From the IMG/VR virus record IMGVR_UViG_3300027759_000043: 64,000 nt of DNA; one strand, given 5' to 3'. Source of the DNA: a virus (lineage: Duplodnaviria > Caudoviricetes). The notes under the pieces were generated by a model. It saw only the letters and a list, made by a program, of their open reading frames with translations. It searched no databases and was not told where the DNA came from. The position numbers and the translations under genes are program-made. The number at the start of each line of letters is the position of its first letter. The first letter of the stretch is position 1. Of the stretch, positions 39,179 to 49,900 are shown piece by piece.

Positions 39179-39601
39179 CGTCTGTTCCACTTGCTGAATC
39201 TTTTGCTGAACAGCATCTAAATTTACAGTGTTCCACAAGCCAGGATGTAAAGGTCTTGGCCAACGTCCAGATTCAATCCAGGCATAGCCTGTGTGTTCGT
39301 GATTTAGATCAGGTACAAACTCATAGTCTACCCTGCACCAAAAAGTATGATACTCAAACGCACCATCTGGTGATGTGAATTTTTCTATGGGTATCAAGCG
39401 TTCGTAATCAGGCACACTGCCCAGTTCTTCACTGCATTCGCGTTCCACTGCCACAAGAAGATTTTCGCCCGACTCAACCTTGCCTCCGGCCAGGCCCCAG
39501 GTGTCAGGATACTTGACATCATTTCTTAAGAGATAGAGGTACCGTTGTGTTCTACCACAGTAGAACCACACCCCAACGGCCTTTACAATATCAGATTCCA
39601 C
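39173..39601 (-). CDS. NUDIX hydrolase
   Basis: Nudix box GGKVESGENLLVAVERECSEELG; probable GTG start overlapping the gp15-like stop. Confidence 0.88.
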   Translation of the reverse strand: MESDIVKAVGVWFYCGRTQRYLYLLRNDVKYPDTWGLAGGKVESGENLLVAVERECSEELGSVPDYERLIPIEKFTSPDGAFEYHTFWCRVDYEFVPDLNHEHTGYAWIESGRWPRPLHPGLWNTVNLDAVQQKIQQVEQTL

Positions 39602-40998
39602 GAGCCCCCAGCATACAAGCCATCGATGCTTTTGACCCAAGCACCACCAGTTGTGCCAGTAGTCCACTTGTATTGAATGGCGGTGGTAAGATTGGTTACA
39701 TACTGTACTTCAGTGTCAGTTAAACTGTTAAATGCTATTATCCATCTAACACCATCAAATTCAATAATGTCATTGGCATTGGCCAACAAAGGTTGTCCCC
39801 CGGCACCCAGCCAACCCATGGGGTTTTGTGCGTTATCAGTATTGCCAGTCGCTTCAGTAATCAAATAACGTTGACCTAGGACTGGTGCAGGTAATCCGTT
39901 GTTGGGGCCACTCAACAAAGGGTTGATCACTGAATTTACAGGAAGCAAAGTATTTTGCGGTGCAGTGTCTGGATCAATGTTGAAAATAAACAATCTATCA
40001 TCTGCAGGATTCAGTGTAATAGTTCCCACAATGCTGGAGTCAGGATTCCAAGGGTTATCCAAGGTAATATAACTAATACCGGGACGTAACACCCCATAGG
40101 CTTCAACCACAGCAGGCCAAGTGATTTGTGGATTTTCCACAATAGGGAATGTAAACGGTGACAAACTCAATCGGTTGGGTATAACCACCTCGGCAGGTTG
40201 TAGGATTTGCAACTGCCCGTCTAACAACACCACTTGATAATTCCAAGGAGTGACCTTGAGCCGTGTGCCCAACAACAAGTCGTTGTCCAGGATAGCGTTG
40301 GCAGCATCACCATTAGCGTCAAATATACTTGCAATCACACGTTCGACCACGCCCAGTTTCTTGACCTTGGCTGGCGAAGATATCCAGATAGGAATACCAA
40401 ACGTTAACGTCATAATATCAATAGGATTTTCTGTGCCCACCGGAATGGTTCTTGAACTCCAGTTTACTCGTTCTAGATTTACCACACTCAAACTGGTCCA
40501 GTCAATATAGTTTTCCGAACTTTGAATTTCCAGGCTAGGATTGAATAGTGTGGCAATTTGTTCAAAGATCTGCATTTTTTGGTTAGTGTTACTAGTCCAG
40601 ATGTCCATACTGATAGTCATGTTGTACGGTACAGGCATAAGTCGTTCAACAGTAAATGCATTGCCTTGTGTGGTATCGTATGTGTCTGTGGCAGGATCAT
40701 AAGTGCGTTGACGAACCTGCATTTTGTTCACATGATATGGCTCTTGCATTCTAGGACGATCATAGTCCATACCAGTGATGTAAAATGTTATCAGCGGAGT
40801 TGATGGCAGTGCATTGGCTGAGTTCTGTTGCATGATGACGGCGGCCTGACGACTAGCATCACCATAACGCACAGGTACACGTACTAGATCTTTTGTGCCT
40901 TGCTCATTGCGTCCATACTCTACTTGGAACAGACTGACCATGCGTGTGAACTGTAGCAGGTATCTGCGTATTTGCTCATCATAATAGAACATTTGCAT
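39583..40998 (-). CDS. gp15: Tail sheath stabiliser / tail terminator (T4 gp15-like)
   Basis: FYYDEQIRRYLLQF, VPVRYG, MPVPYNMTISMDIW, QIFEQIATLFNPS. Confidence 0.82.
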   Translation of the reverse strand: MQMFYYDEQIRRYLLQFTRMVSLFQVEYGRNEQGTKDLVRVPVRYGDASRQAAVIMQQNSANALPSTPLITFYITGMDYDRPRMQEPYHVNKMQVRQRTYDPATDTYDTTQGNAFTVERLMPVPYNMTISMDIWTSNTNQKMQIFEQIATLFNPSLEIQSSENYIDWTSLSVVNLERVNWSSRTIPVGTENPIDIMTLTFGIPIWISSPAKVKKLGVVERVIASIFDANGDAANAILDNDLLLGTRLKVTPWNYQVVLLDGQLQILQPAEVVIPNRLSLSPFTFPIVENPQITWPAVVEAYGVLRPGISYITLDNPWNPDSSIVGTITLNPADDRLFIFNIDPDTAPQNTLLPVNSVINPLLSGPNNGLPAPVLGQRYLITEATGNTDNAQNPMGWLGAGGQPLLANANDIIEFDGVRWIIAFNSLTDTEVQYVTNLTTAIQYKWTTGTTGGAWVKSIDGLYAGGSWNLIL

Positions 40999-41001
40999 AA
41001 A

Positions 41002-42378
41002 TTAACTCGATGGTTGATAAGGTTGCGTTGGCGGATACGGATTAGGCGGCTCAACGTTGCCACCATTGTCGCCATTGGCCGCATTGGGTTGTAACGCCTG
41101 GCTCAAACTTTGACGACTTGGAATGTTGCCCATGTCTGAAGTTGGCGTAGTGTATGTATTGTTAACGAAACTACTGCGTAAAGTATTGTTGGTGGCTCCA
41201 GGCGTGAGTTGAGTACGTACATCGCTTTCGATCTTGACCCATGATCTGCCGTTAAAGCGGAACAGTCGATTGGGGAAGTAGTCCAATCGCAAAGCGTATT
41301 GTCCAGCGAGAGGATTTACCGGGAAGTTTACGCCGGCTGTGACTGGCAAGCCATTGGGTGCCTTGCCATCGCCTGTGAGATAGCCTGCAGTATACCCATC
41401 ACCTCGAGGTGAGTTACCATCATTGGCCACGGTTCTTGATGCGTCAGTTATGGTGTAGTCTGCGGTGTAAGTTGCATTGGTAGGATTAGCAGGTGTGCCA
41501 TCTAAATTGGTGGCCACAATGTAAAACTTCACAACATCAAATCCTGACTTGGGTATTTCTGCTTCGGCTTGAATTAGAATAGCATCATTGATTTGCAAGT
41601 CTTTGGGTCTAGTACTCATCTTGTCTGCTAGAGTAGCAGGATTAGATTTTTCTTGCCAATATTGAGTATTGGTGATATCTGTACCTGGCGGCACATTTTT
41701 AGTACTGATATAATATTTGTCGCCGTAGAGCACAGTGGTACCACCTGGATAAAAGTTTCCATCATCCCAAATGTTAATGGGTTCAAAAGGTTCTTTGGTA
41801 ATCTCATTGAATTCTTGAGCATTGACCATGGGGGTACATTTTACTCGCCACAAGTGAGGCAACCAAGTCTGTGAAAAACCTTCTGACGCAAACGCCGCGT
41901 CCTGAATCACATAGAATCTGGGCAATGCTCGTGGTATAGTTTCATTTAACGGATTGTAATCTCGCAAGTTGGGTAATTCTAGCACATCACCACTCATGAG
42001 TTTGCGACCCATGGTGTCAATCATGTTGTTGTAGTGAAATGTAATGAACAAGGTATCGTTGTTTAAGAACAATCCAAATTGCGTTAGATCAAAATCAATG
42101 TCTTGTGTTTGATAAACACCACGCATGACATACACATCAGGATCATACTTGCGATCTCGATTCTCCAGCAACAACAAATCTTCAATAAACAACGGATTGG
42201 ATTCTGTGTACTTGGGCAAAGTAGCATCATTATCGCCCTCGTTGTCGTTGGTGAGTGGGCCCATGTACTTGTGTAGATACATATCTACCCCACCCACCTG
42301 ATACATTTCGGATATGGTTCGGTCAAAGAACTGGTAATCGTTGGTTCGGTTAGGACGGTATAAACTTAGGCGTGGCAT
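41002..42378 (-). CDS. gp14: Neck protein (T4 gp14-like)
   Basis: GGVDMYLHKY, DFDLTQFGLFL, GDVLELP; co-transcribed with the gp15-like gene from TAAATA 42385-42390. Confidence 0.72.
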   Translation of the reverse strand: MPRLSLYRPNRTNDYQFFDRTISEMYQVGGVDMYLHKYMGPLTNDNEGDNDATLPKYTESNPLFIEDLLLLENRDRKYDPDVYVMRGVYQTQDIDFDLTQFGLFLNNDTLFITFHYNNMIDTMGRKLMSGDVLELPNLRDYNPLNETIPRALPRFYVIQDAAFASEGFSQTWLPHLWRVKCTPMVNAQEFNEITKEPFEPINIWDDGNFYPGGTTVLYGDKYYISTKNVPPGTDITNTQYWQEKSNPATLADKMSTRPKDLQINDAILIQAEAEIPKSGFDVVKFYIVATNLDGTPANPTNATYTADYTITDASRTVANDGNSPRGDGYTAGYLTGDGKAPNGLPVTAGVNFPVNPLAGQYALRLDYFPNRLFRFNGRSWVKIESDVRTQLTPGATNNTLRSSFVNNTYTTPTSDMGNIPSRQSLSQALQPNAANGDNGGNVEPPNPYPPTQPYQPSS

Positions 42379-42398
42379 AACTTGTATTTATGGGCAGG

Positions 42399-42427
42399 TT
42401 GACCAATAAATCCAAAACTGCTATAAT
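42399..42427 (+). promoter_or_regulatory. Sigma70-type (early) promoter
   Basis: TTGACC-N17-TATAAT with extended -10 TGn. Confidence 0.85.
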
Positions 42428-42452
42428 TACACATAATCTTTAAGGAGTCCTT

Positions 42453-43580
42453 GTGAAACCGGTTAAACTCTTAAATCCTCGCAGTTCAGATACCAATGTC
42501 ATGGGCGGCGAACCCGCTTGGCGTGCTCAACCCACAGAAAATCGCATCAGTGCCCTAAGCAAAGCATTTTCGTGGTACAATTACTTTTACGGCAAGAAAG
42601 ATGCCCGAGACATGATTGTGAACTATTTGGAATCACATGATCGCAAGGCAGATGTGCGTTTGCTCAAGGGCGTACCTGACAGTGCAATTCGGTTAACTAC
42701 CGGTTGGTTGTGCCGCATGAAAATGGTGGGGTTGCAACTGGACGAGCATGAAGAAATCAAACTGGACAATTTACTAAAAGAAGTACTGGCCAGTAAACAA
42801 CAAGTGGTAGTAGAAGCACAGCCCACAGATGATGAGCCAGCAAAGCCAAACATTCAAGATAGACTTCGCGAAAAAGTGTCAGAGTGCGGTGCTGAACTAG
42901 AAGGTATGTTTGATGAGTTCATGTCTGCAGGTGCAAAAATGTCAGCAGACTACAAGCCCATCATGATGATCCGGGGCATGAACGTGGCACCACAAATGAT
43001 CAGTGTCATAAGTCATCACTGGAAGGCTCGACTAGAAGAGTTTGAACAGGCCATTGAGGGCAAGGATTCTCAATTGGTAGAAGCCTACAGTTTCCTGACA
43101 AAAATTCAATTGCGTAATTGCGTAAAGTTTTGCGAAGCAGTGATCAATGACTGCGGTGCTTATGTACAAATCAAGAAAGTGGAACGCAAGCCACGCAAGG
43201 TCCGAGCAGTTCCCCCAGAAAAACGTGCGGCAAAGTTCAAGATCCAGGCAGAGTTTGCAGAACTCAAACTCAAGAGCCTACCAGCCGCAAGTTTAGTGGA
43301 CCGAGCCGAAGCCTGGCTGTATGATACCAAGAAACGCAAACTGATTCACCTTGTGGCAGACAGTCACACACAGGCGTTTACTGTTAAAAACAATAGTATC
43401 ATTGGTTTTAGCACAGTAGAGACACAACAAAAAACCGTGCGCAAGCCAGCAGATGTTGTAAAGGCTGTGCAAGCCGCGGGCAAGCCAGCCGCACGTAAGA
43501 TCTACAAAGATCTAACAACTACAGAAACACCCTGGAATGCCCGGGGCACTGAGAACTTGATCATTCTCAAGTCCTGGTAA
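42453..43580 (+). CDS. Hypothetical protein (early-expressed)
   Basis: 375-aa ORF, GTG start after AAGGAG, behind a sigma70 promoter; no motif recognised. Confidence 0.8.
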   Translation: MKPVKLLNPRSSDTNVMGGEPAWRAQPTENRISALSKAFSWYNYFYGKKDARDMIVNYLESHDRKADVRLLKGVPDSAIRLTTGWLCRMKMVGLQLDEHEEIKLDNLLKEVLASKQQVVVEAQPTDDEPAKPNIQDRLREKVSECGAELEGMFDEFMSAGAKMSADYKPIMMIRGMNVAPQMISVISHHWKARLEEFEQAIEGKDSQLVEAYSFLTKIQLRNCVKFCEAVINDCGAYVQIKKVERKPRKVRAVPPEKRAAKFKIQAEFAELKLKSLPAASLVDRAEAWLYDTKKRKLIHLVADSHTQAFTVKNNSIIGFSTVETQQKTVRKPADVVKAVQAAGKPAARKIYKDLTTTETPWNARGTENLIILKSW

Positions 43581-43610
43581 CGGGCTAAATATTGGGGACG
43601 GAGTTCCCTA

Positions 43611-44378
43611 ATGGCCGAAACTGAAAATTCCCTAGTTACACTTAAATCTGCATTATACGATTATGTACGCCTGACTCTAGGCGATCAAATTGTGGATCTT
43701 GAACTAGACCCTGCACACTATGAAGCCGCTTATCAGCGCACCATTGGTACCTACAGACAACGTGCCAACAATGCGTATGAAGAAAGTTACAGTTTCATGC
43801 AGTTGGTCAACCAAGTAAATATCTACACCTTACCGCAAGAAGTGCAAAGTGTACGTCAAATCTTTAGACGCACATTTGGTATTGCTACAGGACCTTTTGG
43901 AAGTAACTTTGATCCATTCAGTCAAGCACAAATGAACGTGTACTTGATCAACTTTAACCAAGCAGGTGGCTTGGCCACATACGACTTCTACTCACAGTAT
44001 GTTGAGTTGGCCGCACGTATGTTTGGTGGTTATTTGAACTACACCTGGAACCCGGTTACCAAGAAACTGCAACTGATCCGTAGCCCTCCTGGCGGCGGCG
44101 AGGTAGTGTTGCTTTGGACTTACAATCTCAAACCTGAAATACAATTGCTGAGTGATTACCAAATCCAACAGTGGATCCGTGACTACATGGTTGCGGCCTG
44201 CAAGATGATCATTGGTGAAGCACGTGAGAAGTTCTCACAAATTGCTGGTCCACAAAGTGGTAGTACTCTAAACGGTACAGCCATGAAAGCCGAAGCACAG
44301 GCCCAAATGGATGCCAAAATCCAAGAACTGGTGATGTATGTGGATGGTTCACAACCGCTTACCTTTGTAATTGGCTAA
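43611..44378 (+). CDS. gp13: Neck protein (T4 gp13-like)
   Basis: LGDQIVDLELD, YTWNPVTKKL, WIRDYMVAACKMIIGEAREKF, GSTLNG. Confidence 0.8.
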   Translation: MAETENSLVTLKSALYDYVRLTLGDQIVDLELDPAHYEAAYQRTIGTYRQRANNAYEESYSFMQLVNQVNIYTLPQEVQSVRQIFRRTFGIATGPFGSNFDPFSQAQMNVYLINFNQAGGLATYDFYSQYVELAARMFGGYLNYTWNPVTKKLQLIRSPPGGGEVVLLWTYNLKPEIQLLSDYQIQQWIRDYMVAACKMIIGEAREKFSQIAGPQSGSTLNGTAMKAEAQAQMDAKIQELVMYVDGSQPLTFVIG

Positions 44379-44385
44379 AACGCAA

Positions 44386-44414
44386 TAGACAATCTGTTGC
44401 AGTTGTGTTACAAT
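44386..44414 (+). promoter_or_regulatory. Sigma70-type promoter, leaderless arrangement
   Basis: TAGACA-N17-TACAAT with TGn; ATG 44421 lies 6 nt downstream. Confidence 0.72.
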
Positions 44415-44420
44415 CATCAC

Positions 44421-44942
44421 ATGGACCTGATGATTGATTTAGAGGGCTTGGCAACAGGCCCCGACACTACTATTCTTACCATAGCCGCACAGGCTTTTGA
44501 TCCTCTAGGTGACGGTTGGTACGACCAAGAATACTATGCTCGAATCACTCTAGAAAGTCAAGAAAATCGACGCATCGAACAAGGCACACTGGAATGGTGG
44601 GCAACTCAACCTGCACCTGCTAGAGACGAAGCCTTTGCCGAAGAAGGGCGTATTCCACTAGATCAAGCATTAGATGAGTTAGGCCGGTTGATTTGGCACT
44701 CCAAGATGATCTGGGCCCAAGGTCCTACATATGACTGTAACATACTTGAACACGCCTACAAGAGTTATGGCAAAGCCTTGCCTTGGAAATACTATCAGGT
44801 ACGAGATTCGAGAACTGTGTTTAGTCTGTGGCCAGAACTGCCCAAGCCTCCTACTAGTCATCATGCACTGGAAGACTGCCGCAGACAAATTGGTATGCTT
44901 CAAGACACGCTGAAATATCTCAACGTAAAGGAACTGATTTGA
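44421..44942 (+). CDS. DEDDh 3'-5' exonuclease (Rv2179c-like)
   Basis: MIDLEGLAT, WAQGPTYD, RDSRT, HHALEDC. Confidence 0.9.
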   Translation: MDLMIDLEGLATGPDTTILTIAAQAFDPLGDGWYDQEYYARITLESQENRRIEQGTLEWWATQPAPARDEAFAEEGRIPLDQALDELGRLIWHSKMIWAQGPTYDCNILEHAYKSYGKALPWKYYQVRDSRTVFSLWPELPKPPTSHHALEDCRRQIGMLQDTLKYLNVKELI

Positions 44943-45931
44943 AAATTATAAGAATAGATGATATATCTTTCAAAGATGATAATTTAGTTAACACACTCGT
45001 TGATCTGTCCAATGCACAGCCATGTGCATTTGGTATATTTTCTGAAGTATTTCTCACTAGTAAGAGGTTAGTTCCTATACTTGAACAATTGCCACCAGGA
45101 TACAAAATAGTATTAGATCGATCACACCAATCACAAGCAGTTGCTTGGCCGATTCCAGCGTTATATATAGATTGGCATTTGTTACGAGTTAACAATGCAG
45201 TAAACACAAATAAATCACAAAATAATAGTTGCTATAATCCAACCACTGGTAAATTTTTGTTTTTAACTGGTAAATCATACAAGTTACAAAGAATTAAATT
45301 GTTATGGATGTATGCTCAGGCGAATCTATTAGACCGTGCAATATGGAGTTTATTCTTAGACAACAACACTGTGGAAAAGTGTCGCAAATTTTTGCCCGAA
45401 CTTGACGAGTTAGAGTTAACAGAGTTTTTAACACAATACCAATGTAACCCAGACAACATTGAATTAGAAAGACATGAAGCACAAGTACTCTCTAGTGTCC
45501 AGTGGCAAAAAAATCTCTATGAGCAAACCAGTTTGAATGTGGTTAGCGCAACAGAATTTGTTGATAATTCTTATGACATGGTCTTATGTGAAAAAATATG
45601 GAAGCCCATTATAAACTGCCAACCTTTTATCGTTGCTGGACAACAAAATACATTAAATCGCTTGAAGGATTTAGGTTTTTTAACTTTTGAAAAGTATATG
45701 GTATACCCAGATTACAGCAACGAATCAAATACACAAGAAAAATTAAAGAAAATTGTGGCCAACACTGCTGGGTTTTTGGATAATATAAATATCTATCAAA
45801 CACAAGTGACCCAAGATGTTGAGCATAATTATAATCACTTCTTCCAAGTGGTTGATAATAATATGACACAGTTGCGAGAGTTTGTTGAAGACAATCAATT
45901 AATTTTAGACTTTACAGGAAGACATTTATGA
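44939..45931 (+). CDS. Glycosyltransferase-like hypothetical protein
   Basis: LCEKIWKPIINCQPFIVAG...LKDLGFLTF, paralogous to 15862-16962; AT-rich; overlaps both neighbours by 4 nt. Confidence 0.55.
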   Translation: MKIIRIDDISFKDDNLVNTLVDLSNAQPCAFGIFSEVFLTSKRLVPILEQLPPGYKIVLDRSHQSQAVAWPIPALYIDWHLLRVNNAVNTNKSQNNSCYNPTTGKFLFLTGKSYKLQRIKLLWMYAQANLLDRAIWSLFLDNNTVEKCRKFLPELDELELTEFLTQYQCNPDNIELERHEAQVLSSVQWQKNLYEQTSLNVVSATEFVDNSYDMVLCEKIWKPIINCQPFIVAGQQNTLNRLKDLGFLTFEKYMVYPDYSNESNTQEKLKKIVANTAGFLDNINIYQTQVTQDVEHNYNHFFQVVDNNMTQLREFVEDNQLILDFTGRHL

Positions 45932-46593
45932 TCATTGGAGTATGTGGATTTATTGGCTCGGGCAAAGATACTATTGCTGATTATCTCACTAACTTTCATG
46001 GATTCCGTAGAGAATCATTTGCATCGACCTTAAAAGATGCTGTGGCACAGGTGTTTGGTTGGGATCGTACTCTATTAGAAGGGCGCACAAAACAAGCCCG
46101 TGAATGGCGTGAACAAGTGGATCCTTGGTGGGCAGAACGTTTACACATGCCCACACTAACTCCACGTTGGATCTTGCAATACTGGGGTACAGAAGTGTGC
46201 AGGGCCGGATTCCATGATGACATCTGGATTGCCAGTTTGGAAAACAAACTGCGCCACAGTCAAGATGATGTTGTGATATCAGACTGCCGTTTTCCTAACG
46301 AAATTCGTGCTATTAAAAATGCCGGCGGCCGAGTTATTCGAGTAACCCGTGGTGCAGAACCCGCTTGGTATGATGCCGCTTTGAGTGTAAATCGTGGCGC
46401 TAATGGTAATAGTACCTGGGCGCTAAGCCACAAGAAACTAGAAAAACTTGGCATCCACGCCTCAGAAACTGCTTGGGTAGGTACACAGTTTGACGCGGTA
46501 CTAGACAATAATGCTACAGTAGACGACTTATTTGCACAGATCAATGATCTGCTTGCAAGTCTCCAGGTCGCCAAGGTACCGCCAAGCGTCTAA
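45928..46593 (+). CDS. Deoxynucleoside monophosphate kinase (T4 gp1-like)
   Basis: MIIGVCGFIGSGKDT P-loop, FASTLKD, LQYWGTEVCR, ISDCRFPNE, HASE. Confidence 0.92.
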   Translation: MIIGVCGFIGSGKDTIADYLTNFHGFRRESFASTLKDAVAQVFGWDRTLLEGRTKQAREWREQVDPWWAERLHMPTLTPRWILQYWGTEVCRAGFHDDIWIASLENKLRHSQDDVVISDCRFPNEIRAIKNAGGRVIRVTRGAEPAWYDAALSVNRGANGNSTWALSHKKLEKLGIHASETAWVGTQFDAVLDNNATVDDLFAQINDLLASLQVAKVPPSV

Positions 46594-46885
46594 CTTCTTC
46601 TACGCAGTTCAGGCAGACTGTGCGTAGGTTAGATAGTTCTGTGTTGGTTAGTCGGCCATCCATATGATACACTAGTAGTTGGCTAGCATATCTTGATCTA
46701 AATCCACAACGATCACACACAGTTTTTTTCTTGTACCCTGCTGATTGCCATCTTGCTATAGGTGCTTTTTCCTTGCGCCCACGACGTATACAGTTGTCGC
46801 AGGTCTTGCGATAGTAAACAGTTTCTTCACGACGATAATTTACAGCCACTGGGCGTTGGTTACAGGCTTTGCAAGTTGGTCTCAT
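46541..46885 (-). CDS. Zn-finger / HNH-like protein
   Basis: CKAC, CDNC, CDRC, YHMDG..N..LSNLRTVCLNC; ATG 4 nt after TAAATA. Confidence 0.75.
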   Translation of the reverse strand: MRPTCKACNQRPVAVNYRREETVYYRKTCDNCIRRGRKEKAPIARWQSAGYKKKTVCDRCGFRSRYASQLLVYHMDGRLTNTELSNLRTVCLNCVEEVRRLAVPWRPGDLQADH

Positions 46886-46982
46886 TGAGTATTTATGGGC
46901 ACGAACCTTTATAAAGGGCATCGTAACTGGCATGGTTTTAGTCTGTTACGATAAATATCTTTAAGTTTTATAAGGAGCCAAC

Positions 46983-49900
46983 ATGGCACTAGTTTCCCCA
47001 GGTGTACAAGTCACCATCATAGATGAAAGCAATTATCTTTCAGCCGCTACAAATTCAGTACCTTACTTTTTAATTGCCACTGCGCAAGACAAAGTATCAG
47101 GATCTGGAGTAGGAGTGGCTGCCGGTACATTGGCTGCAAATGCCAATAGAGCCTATTTGATCACTAGTCAACGAGATTTGACTGCTACATTTGGCAATCC
47201 CTTCTTTTACAAGACCACTATTGGTACTCCAATCAATGGTTATGAACTCAATGAATATGGTTTACTTGCGGCTTACTCTGCATTAGGAGTGACCAACCGT
47301 GCTTATGTACAGCGTTGCGACATTGACTTAACACAACTCACAGCCAGTCTTGTACGTCCTACAGGCGAACCCGACAATGGTGCCTACTGGTTAGATACTG
47401 CCAATACATTATGGGGTATTTTTGAGTGGAATTTGACCACAGGTACCTTTAGCAATATGGTGCCAACAGTGATCACAGACACTGTGTACCTTACTGGTGG
47501 TGTTCCTTCAGACAGTTATGGTAGCATTGGCGACTATACAGTGGTAGCAACCAACACAGCCAATCCAATCTATTACAAAAATGGAGCAGCCGACAGTGAT
47601 CAAACCAGTTCCACTACATTGCAAGATTTATACAACACCTGGGTGTTAGTAGGCAGTAATGACTGGAAACTGAGTTATCCCACAGTCACAGGCGCAAATG
47701 CAGTGACCGCTGATTTGACTGCTGGAAATACATTAGTAATCAATGGTACCTCGGTTGCTGTGCCTGTAAGCCCCAACAACGATGTTGCTGGACTCAGTGC
47801 CGCAATCAACACAGCCGCTATTACTGGTGTGTACAGTGCAGTAATTGACAACAAGTTGTGTTTGTTTGCCGATGCAACTGCTCAAGCAGATGGCTCAACT
47901 GCCGACGATGGTGTTATTGTGATCAACAGTGTGGGAAGTACTGCCGGATTGATCACAACATTAGGTCTAACTACCAATGACGTTTATTATGCTCCAACAT
48001 TGCAACAAAGCCCCAGTTATCAAAACCCACGTTGGAATTCTACTGGATCAACTCCACGACCCACTGGATCAGTTTGGAACAAAATCAACAGTGTAAATCT
48101 TGGAACCACAATGGTTGTCAAGCAATACTCTACTGCACTGGCAGCATTTGTTCAACAATCAGCCACCGTATATGCCAATGACTGGACAGCCAATGCAACT
48201 CTTGACACCACTGGTGGCAAACTTATTTCAGCCGGCGCTACATATACCCAGTACAACGTAGATCCTGAGGTAAATGGCGGTCCTACCAGTAATTACCCTT
48301 TCAATCCCACTTATACACTTCAAGTATTTGAAAGATCAGTTGCGGGGCCCACAGTAATCACAGGAGACGATGACACAGCCACATTCATCAATGGTAATGC
48401 GTTCTACATCATGACTTCCGTGGCCAACAGTACAACATTGACCACTCCGGTGTTGGCCACCGTAAACGGTACAACACCCGCCGCGTTTGTAACAGCAGTG
48501 AGTGCGGCTTCAGTACCTAATGTCAGCGCCAGCATTGACAGTAATGGTTATATTGTACTCACACAAACACAAGGTGGAGTAATTCTACTGCAAAATGCCA
48601 CTGGTACTCCTGTAACTGCCGCAGGATTTAACACCACGGTCACAGGATGTCGTACAGTGTATCTTGACACAGACACCACAGTACCAATCACTGCGGCAAG
48701 TGACACATGGTTGAATTTGAGCAACTGGGTTGCCGCAACTTACACAGCCAGTGCTACAGCACCTGATCAGGATCCTGCAGATGGTCGCTACTGGTACTAC
48801 TCAGCAACCAACCAGGTTGATATCATGATTCAAAGTGGTACAGGCTGGGTTGGTTATCAAAATGAAACCAATGATGTTCGTGGAAACAATCTGAGCCTGA
48901 CAAATCCAACGGGACCAATTATTAGTGCTACTGCACCTACTACGCAAACAGATAACACAGCGTTGGTATATGGTGATATTTGGATCGACACCAGCAACTT
49001 AGAATTGTATCCAGTGATCAATCGTTGGTCAGTAGTTGAAGGAGTTGATCAATGGGTCACTCTTGACAACACAGATCAAACCACACAAAACGGTGTGTTG
49101 TTTGCAGATGCTCGCTGGAGTTCAACAGGCACAGTAAATCCTATCACTGGCGCATTACCTACTATCACAAGTTTGCTGACCAGCAACTACTTGGATGTTG
49201 ACGCACCGGACTACACACTATATCCAACAGGCATGTTGTTGTTTAACACACGCCGTTCTGGATTCAATGTCAAGAGTTTTCAAACAGATTATTTTAATGC
49301 TACAAGTTTCTCATATTCAACATGGAGTAACACAACTCAATACGCAATAGGTGATCAAGTGTTGTATAACACTACCTTGTATGTGGCAATTGCAACACCT
49401 CCTGTTGCTACAGTTCCTACAAATACTAGTTACTGGAGTGAACTAGAAGTCAACAGTTGGGTAACAGCAAGTGGCAACCGGAATGACGGTGCTCCTTACA
49501 TGGGACGCTTTGCTCAACGCGAATTGATTGTGGCTGCACTCAAGTCAGGAATTGATACCAGTGTGACCATAAGAGAAGAACAAAATCAATTCAACCTGAC
49601 AGCATGTACCGCTTATCCTGAATTGATTCCTAACATGGTAGCACTCAGCAACGAGCGCAACAACACTGTGTTTGTGGTAGGTGATACTCCAATGCGTTTG
49701 CCAGCAACAGGTGCTGATATTGTGAGTTGGGCAACCAACAACGCAGGAGCAGGCTACTTAACAGGTGATGGTTTGACCACAAGTACTCCTTACCTGGGTG
49801 TGTTCTATCCAAGTTGTCAGACAGTTGACCTGTCAGGATCTGCTGTGGTTACAGCACCAAGTCACATGATGGTTCGTACTATCATCCGCAATGACGAAGT

